Assembly: GCA_964507275.1 (NCBI GenBank)
Contig: CAZDPG010000001.1
Span: forward strand, 276,577-340,576
Source of the DNA: an uncultured Candidatus Saccharibacteria bacterium
GTDB taxonomy: Bacteria; Patescibacteriota; Minisyncoccia; Phycocordibacterales; Phycocordibacteraceae
Reading direction: 5' to 3'
Length of the DNA stretch: 64,000 nucleotides
In this document: positions 58,536 through 64,000 of the stretch, piece by piece
How positions within the stretch are numbered: the stretch's first letter is position 1
Layout: each line of letters starts with the position of its first letter
The notes under the pieces: model-generated
Database searches by the model: none
Told to the model about the DNA's origin: nothing
Seen by the model: only the letters and a program-made list of their open reading frames with translations
Made by a program: the position numbers and the translations under genes

Positions 58536-59390
58536 ATGGAAATACGTGAACTTGCGCGCGACGCATGGCCTGCACAACTCCTAGAGATACCGCAGCTACC
58601 GGAAAAGCTCTGGATACGAGGAAGCCTGCCGAAAGAAGGGACGAGACTGCTCGCGGTCGTCGGCAGCCGCGCGATGTCGCGCTACGGACAAGAAGCGTGC
58701 GAGACACTCATCAAAGGACTTGCCGGCTATCCTATCTCAATCGTGAGTGGACTGGCGCTTGGCGCAGACGCATGTGCGCACCGAGCGGCACTCGCCGCAG
58801 GACTCCACACCATCAGCATCCCCGGCTCGGGACTCGATGATTCCGTCATCAGTCCGCGTACGAACTTCGGCCTTGCGAAAGACATCCTTGCTGCCGGCGG
58901 CGCGCTCATATCGGAGCAGGAGCCGCTGCATAGGCCGTGGATGAAAGAATTTCCCTCGCGCAACCGACTCATGGTCGGCATGAGCGATGCCGTACTCATC
59001 GTCGAAGCCGGACCGAAGTCCGGCACGCTCATCACCGCACGCCTGGCAGGTGAATATAATCGCGACCTCCTCTGTATCCCGCATCGTATTGGCGATCCAC
59101 ACGCATTCGGCCCGCACCTCTTCATCCGTCTCGGCGCGGCGCTCGTGACCGAGCCGATGCACATCCTCGAAGCGCTTCGCATAACACCACGCGAAACAAC
59201 CGGGAAACGCGAAGTCCCGAGCGACCTCACGGACACCGAGCTCGTTATATGGGATATGCTCCAAGAGCCAAAGACGCGCGATGAAATACTTAGAAAAAGT
59301 GTCGATGCAGACGAATGTCTCACGGCGCTTCTCGCGCTCGAACTGCGCGGGCTCGTGAGGGAAGAATTCGGCGCATGGCATCGTACCTAA
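58536..59390 (+). CDS. dprA: DNA-processing protein DprA (Smf)
   Basis: Rossmann block LLAVVGSRAMSRYGQEA…IVSGLALGADACAHRAAL. Confidence 0.9.
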   Translation: MEIRELARDAWPAQLLEIPQLPEKLWIRGSLPKEGTRLLAVVGSRAMSRYGQEACETLIKGLAGYPISIVSGLALGADACAHRAALAAGLHTISIPGSGLDDSVISPRTNFGLAKDILAAGGALISEQEPLHRPWMKEFPSRNRLMVGMSDAVLIVEAGPKSGTLITARLAGEYNRDLLCIPHRIGDPHAFGPHLFIRLGAALVTEPMHILEALRITPRETTGKREVPSDLTDTELVIWDMLQEPKTRDEILRKSVDADECLTALLALELRGLVREEFGAWHRT

Positions 59391-59394
59391 CTCC

Positions 59395-60168
59395 ATGAGA
59401 ATCTATTCCTGGAACATGCTCTACCGCAATCGTGAACTCCACGAGGCGTTCCGGTTCATCGCCAAGAGCGATTTCGATATCTTCTGTCTGCAGGAAGTGC
59501 CGGAGGAAATCCTCACGCGTCTGCAGACGCTCCCCTACTCGATTGCTTTCCGTATCGACATGGAGAAGACGTTCCCTTCGAGGGTAGTTCCTATGTATAA
59601 CGTCATACTCTCCAAGCATCCTATCGAAGCGCAGCATGAAGTGACGTTTGATGATTACTGGCCGCTCCTCCCGCTGCGCACCCGCGCCTTCATACACCTG
59701 ATGCCGAGACAGCTTTTCTCAAAAATCAGAAACCGTGGCGGACTCTATGCCGACATCACCGTACACGGTGTATCGATACGCGTATTCTGTCTCCACCTCA
59801 TCCTCGCCCAGCCGGCGTGGCGGATGAAGGAGTTCGAACGGGCAATGGTCGAGCGCGACTCGACACGACCTTCGATCGTCTGCGGTGACTTCAATATTCT
59901 CGAGAAGCCGCACATCACGCCCTTGAACTGGATGCTCGGTGGTCGCGTGACCGATGCTCTGTTCTACGGCCGTGAACGCACGAGTATCGAGAAGCATTTC
60001 GTCGAGCACAAACTTACGAATGCGCTACGCGGACACATCACGCATCCGCTCTCCCGTTCACAGCTCGATCATATCCTTGTGTCGCATTCTTTCTCCATTG
60101 AAAATGCATCCGTTCTTCCTGAGAGAATCGGCTCCGATCATCACCCGATACGTGTGGAAATCTCATAG
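59395..60168 (+). CDS. Endonuclease/exonuclease/phosphatase (EEP) family protein
   Basis: YSWNM…DIFCLQEV…GDFN…SDHHPI catalytic motifs. Confidence 0.8.
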   Translation: MRIYSWNMLYRNRELHEAFRFIAKSDFDIFCLQEVPEEILTRLQTLPYSIAFRIDMEKTFPSRVVPMYNVILSKHPIEAQHEVTFDDYWPLLPLRTRAFIHLMPRQLFSKIRNRGGLYADITVHGVSIRVFCLHLILAQPAWRMKEFERAMVERDSTRPSIVCGDFNILEKPHITPLNWMLGGRVTDALFYGRERTSIEKHFVEHKLTNALRGHITHPLSRSQLDHILVSHSFSIENASVLPERIGSDHHPIRVEIS

Positions 60169-60190
60169 CTCCTCTTGACCATATATAGGT

Positions 60191-62605
60191 GTGCGCGTTA
60201 TGAGTGAATGCATGACCAATCGGTTACTCATCGTCGAATCGCCCACCAAGGCGCGCACTATCGGCACATACCTCGGCAAGGGATACACCGTCCTTGCTTC
60301 GGTGGGCCATGTGCGCGACCTACCGAAAAGCAATAAAGACGCTGTCGATATCGAGGGCGGCTTCATCCCCCGCTACGTGATTCCCGCCGAGAAGCGCGAG
60401 GTGATAGAGAAGATAGAACGCGCTGCCGCGAAAGCCGATGAGATATATCTCGCGACCGACCCCGACCGCGAAGGTGAAGCCATCGCGTGGCATATTAAAG
60501 AAGTCGCCGGACTGAAGTCCCCGCAGCGTGTCGTCTTCCACGAGATCACGAAAGCAGCTATCGAGGAAGCGCTCGCGCACCCGCGCAAAATCGATGAGCA
60601 CCTGCGCCGTGCACAGGAAGCGCGACGTGTGCTCGACCGCATCGTGGGCTACGATCTCTCGGGGCTCATCTGGAAGAAAGTCCGATACGGGCTCTCGGCC
60701 GGGCGTGTGCAGTCACCGGCGCTTCGCATCCTCGCAGAGCGAGAGCGCGAAATCAAAGCGTTCATCCCCGTAACCTATTTTGTGCTCACGGCGCTTTTCA
60801 AATCAAAGGATGGCGACATTCCCACGACCTGCGCGACCGAACCTTCAACCCAAGAAGAAGCTGATCGCATCGTGCAGGCCGGAAGGACCGCCGCATGGAG
60901 CGTCGCCGATATCACCGAGAAAGCTGAGGAGCGCAACCCTCGTCCGCCGTTCACAACATCGACATTGCAGCAGGCCGCATCGACTCGGCTCGGCTTTGCG
61001 CCATCGCGTGCGATGCGTGCCGCACAGAAGCTCTACGAAGCCGGGCATATCACCTACATGCGTACCGACTCAGTGAACTTGGGTGCAGAAGCCGTCGCAA
61101 AAATGGCGACCGTCATCGGGCAGGAATTCGGGAAAGAATACCTCCAGGTGCGCGCCTACAAGACGACGAGTAAGAACGCCCAGGAGGCTCACGAGGCTAT
61201 CCGCCCAACCGATGCCGCACATGCGCACGCTGGCTCAACGCCGGACGAAACACAGCTCTACGAGCTCATCCGCACCCGCACGCTCGCGTCCCAAATGGCG
61301 AGCGCAAAGATCATGCGTACGAGCCTTGTCGCGAAGGCCGACGCGGACATCCCGCTCTTCACAGCAAACGGTTCGCGCACACTCTTCCCTGGCTGGCTCG
61401 CACTCGACACGACAGCGAGAGGCGAGGACGTCGAACTCCCGAAAATTGCGGTGAATGATCCGCTCACCCTCCTCTCGCTCGGGGCACTTGAGAAGCAGAC
61501 TGAACCGCCGAACCGCTACACCGAAGCAGGGCTCATCAAAGAGCTTGAAAAGCGCGGCATCGGGCGCCCATCGACCTACGCCTCCATCATGAAGACGATT
61601 CAGGACCGTGGCTATGTCGAAAAGGTCGGTCGTGCACTCAAACCGACCGCAACCGGCATGGTCGTCTCAGGCTGGCTTGAAGAGCACTTCCCCGAGTACA
61701 TCAGCGACTCGTTCACGGCAGAGATGGAAAACGAACTCGACGAGATTGCACGCGGCGAACGCGGCTATACAGAAACCTTGACTCAGTTCTACGGCCCGTT
61801 CGAGAAAGCGGTACAAGCGAAGGATAAGCTTCCGAAAGCAACGTCGCTCGGCGATGCCCCGGGCGAATTCCCTTGCCCGTTGTGCAGCAGCCCGATGGAA
61901 TTCAAGCTCGGTCGTGGCGGCATCTTCATGAGTTGCAAGAAATATCCTGAATGCCTCGGTGCGCGCACCGAAGAAGGCGTCGAACTGAAAGGCGACGAAC
62001 CTATCGGTCATGATCCGAAAACGGGTGCACCTATTTTCATAAAAACCGGACGTTTCGGACCCTACGTCGAGATGGCACTCGAAGAAACGAAAGAGCCTGA
62101 ACCTGAAATCGAAGCGACCGAGAAAAAGAAGAAGCCGGTGAAGCGTGCCAAGGGTCGCCCGAAGACTGCGGCACGACGCGCAAGCATCCCTGCTGGCACT
62201 GATCTCGCCAGCGTCACGCTCGCCGATGCGCTCAAGTATCTCTCGCTCCCACGCGAGCTAGGGACACATCCTTCTACCGGTAAGCCTGTCTTCGCTTCGA
62301 CCGGCCGCTTCGGCCCGTATGTCGGAAGTGACGGCGAGTTCCGCTCTCTCAAAGTTGCGGTAGGTGACCCATACACCATCACACTCGATGCGGCGCTTGC
62401 GCTTCTCGCTGAACCTAAGAAGCCGCCGCGCGGTGTCGAGATTGTGAAAGAAATCGGCAAACACCCGAAGACCGGCAAGATGATGGTGCTCTATAAATCA
62501 AAACAGGGTCTCTTCTTGAAGAAAGGCCTCCGCCGCATCTACCTCCCTGAAGCGACAAATCCCGACTCCTTTACTCCTATCGAAGCTGCTGAGTACCTGA
62601 AGTGA
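60191..62605 (+). CDS. topA: DNA topoisomerase I
   Basis: Toprim block LLIVESPTKARTIGTYLGKGYTVLASVGHVRDLP, an active-site Tyr region, and C-terminal Zn-ribbon and basic repeats. Confidence 0.97.
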   Translation: MRVMSECMTNRLLIVESPTKARTIGTYLGKGYTVLASVGHVRDLPKSNKDAVDIEGGFIPRYVIPAEKREVIEKIERAAAKADEIYLATDPDREGEAIAWHIKEVAGLKSPQRVVFHEITKAAIEEALAHPRKIDEHLRRAQEARRVLDRIVGYDLSGLIWKKVRYGLSAGRVQSPALRILAEREREIKAFIPVTYFVLTALFKSKDGDIPTTCATEPSTQEEADRIVQAGRTAAWSVADITEKAEERNPRPPFTTSTLQQAASTRLGFAPSRAMRAAQKLYEAGHITYMRTDSVNLGAEAVAKMATVIGQEFGKEYLQVRAYKTTSKNAQEAHEAIRPTDAAHAHAGSTPDETQLYELIRTRTLASQMASAKIMRTSLVAKADADIPLFTANGSRTLFPGWLALDTTARGEDVELPKIAVNDPLTLLSLGALEKQTEPPNRYTEAGLIKELEKRGIGRPSTYASIMKTIQDRGYVEKVGRALKPTATGMVVSGWLEEHFPEYISDSFTAEMENELDEIARGERGYTETLTQFYGPFEKAVQAKDKLPKATSLGDAPGEFPCPLCSSPMEFKLGRGGIFMSCKKYPECLGARTEEGVELKGDEPIGHDPKTGAPIFIKTGRFGPYVEMALEETKEPEPEIEATEKKKKPVKRAKGRPKTAARRASIPAGTDLASVTLADALKYLSLPRELGTHPSTGKPVFASTGRFGPYVGSDGEFRSLKVAVGDPYTITLDAALALLAEPKKPPRGVEIVKEIGKHPKTGKMMVLYKSKQGLFLKKGLRRIYLPEATNPDSFTPIEAAEYLK

Positions 62606-62640
62606 TTTCGCGCCTAAATGCCGGCGGTGTATAGTGGTCT

Positions 62641-64000
62641 CATGACCACCGCCAAAGAAATAGTCGGCGCGATGACATCTCATTCGAAAGAAGACGCTGC
62701 CTACGTCGAAAAGGCGTATGAACTCTCCAAGAAGGCTCATGAGGGCCAGACTCGCTTCTCCGGCGAACCCTATTTCATCCACCCGGCTGCCACCGCGAAA
62801 GTACTCGCTGAATACGGCATGGACGCCGTGACGATTGCAGCAGGTCTCCTGCATGACGTCGTCGAAGACGGAAAAGCATCACGCGAAGAGATAGAGAAAG
62901 AGTTCGGGAAAGAGCTTCTTTTCATAGTCGATGGCGTGACGAAGCTCGGCACGCATAAATACCGAGGTGCGGAGCGTCACGCTGAGTCGCTTCGCCGACT
63001 CCTCGTCGCCACCGCAAGCGACATTCGCGTCCTTATCGTGAAGCTCGCCGATCGCTTCCACAACATGCAGACACTGGAACATGTTCCTGCGAATAAGCGC
63101 CGACGAATCGCGCTCGAGACACTTGAGATATATGCTCCCATCGCTGATCGTCTCGGCATGGGCAAGATGAAGCGTGCACTCGAAGACCTCGCGTTTCCGT
63201 TCGTCGATCCAGACGCTGCAACTCACGCCGGTGAGGTGCGGAAGTTGAAAACAAAAGAAACCGAGGATGGCCTGGAGAAAGTGCGTCGCGAGATCGGTCG
63301 CGAGCTTGCGAAGAAAGGGATGAAATCATTCCGCACGGATATCCGTATGAAAGGGCTTTGGAGTCTGCATCAGAAACTGAAACGGAAGCAGGATGACATC
63401 AGTCTCATCCACGATATCGCAGCACTTCGCGTCATCGTGCCGACTATCGAGGACTGCTACACGACGCTCGGCACCGTGCATGCACTCTATAAGCCACTGC
63501 CGGGAGAATTTAAGGACTACATCGCCTTCTCGAAACCGAACGGCTATCAGTCCCTCCACACCACCGTCGTGACTCCTGAAGCAGGTCTCGTTGAAGTCCA
63601 GATCCGCACAGAGGAAATGCACCGACATGCGATGTTCGGTATCGCGTCTCATATGTCCTACAAACAACTCGGGAAAAGCATCGAGCGGCTCGATAAGACC
63701 ACACAGAAGAGCCGTTTTGCTGCGCTCTCTTTCTCATGGCGGTCGCTTATCCCCTCGCTCATGCGCGTAACGAAAAAAGATGGCGAAGCGAATGGTCCCA
63801 CGAAAGTCCCGCCCTGGCTCGCCGAACTCGCTGACGCGCACGCTGGTGTCGCGGGGTCAGAAGAATTCGTCGAGGGATTGAAGGAAGACTTCTTCTCACA
63901 TCGCGTCTTCGTCTTCACGCCCCAAGGAGACGTCATCGATCTCCCAGCAACGTCGACTCCAATCGACTTCGCCTACGCCATACACAGCGACCTCGGCGAC
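62641..64000 (+). CDS. rel: Bifunctional (p)ppGpp synthetase/hydrolase Rel/SpoT, N-terminal ~450 aa (runs off the window end)
   Basis: HD hydrolase motif AAGLLHDVVED and synthetase motif DIAALRVIV…YKPLPGEFKDYIA…GYQSLHTTV. Absent from the ORF track because no stop falls within the window. Confidence 0.9.

Overview
This 64 kb window reads as a high-GC (~58%), gene-dense bacterial chromosome segment, mostly coded on the minus strand. Many short membrane proteins and trimmed housekeeping genes suggest a reduced-genome lineage, possibly CPR/Parcubacteria-like (inference only). Well-supported core genes are leuS, ychF, the complete F1Fo ATP synthase operon (atpBEFHAGDC), mscL, ddl, uvrC/uvrA/uvrB, tgt, pyrD/pyrC, dnaX, a dus gene, serS, dprA, topA and a partial rel/spoT at the 3' edge. 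Seven tRNA genes are present: a cluster of Ala-CGC, Pro-GGG, Pro-CGG and Val-CAC, plus single Ala-TGC and Gln-TTG genes. The most notable items are accessory. (1) A low-GC, single-gene insertion next to tRNA-Gln encodes a protein with the signature motifs of tRNA-dependent cyclodipeptide synthases; a degenerate copy of the tRNA 3' end lies between it and the tRNA, and the adjacent gene string ends in a degenerate IS200/RAYT-like transposase gene with a perfect 11-bp hairpin. (2) leuS carries an in-frame NUDIX hydrolase domain with a canonical Nudix box, inserted between the editing domain and the catalytic core. (3) An orotate-PRTase-like domain is fused to a PQQ-type beta-propeller. (4) A VirB4/TrbE-like P-loop ATPase is operonic with a very large VirB6/TrbL-like membrane protein, and a weakly similar partial paralog sits at the window start. 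(5) Seven secreted or membrane-anchored unknown proteins lie immediately beside the 4-tRNA cluster. (6) Two further small blocks of unknown genes are either compositionally atypical or bounded by terminators. No CRISPR array or rRNA was seen. All coordinates for short RNA structures are +/-1-2 nt.
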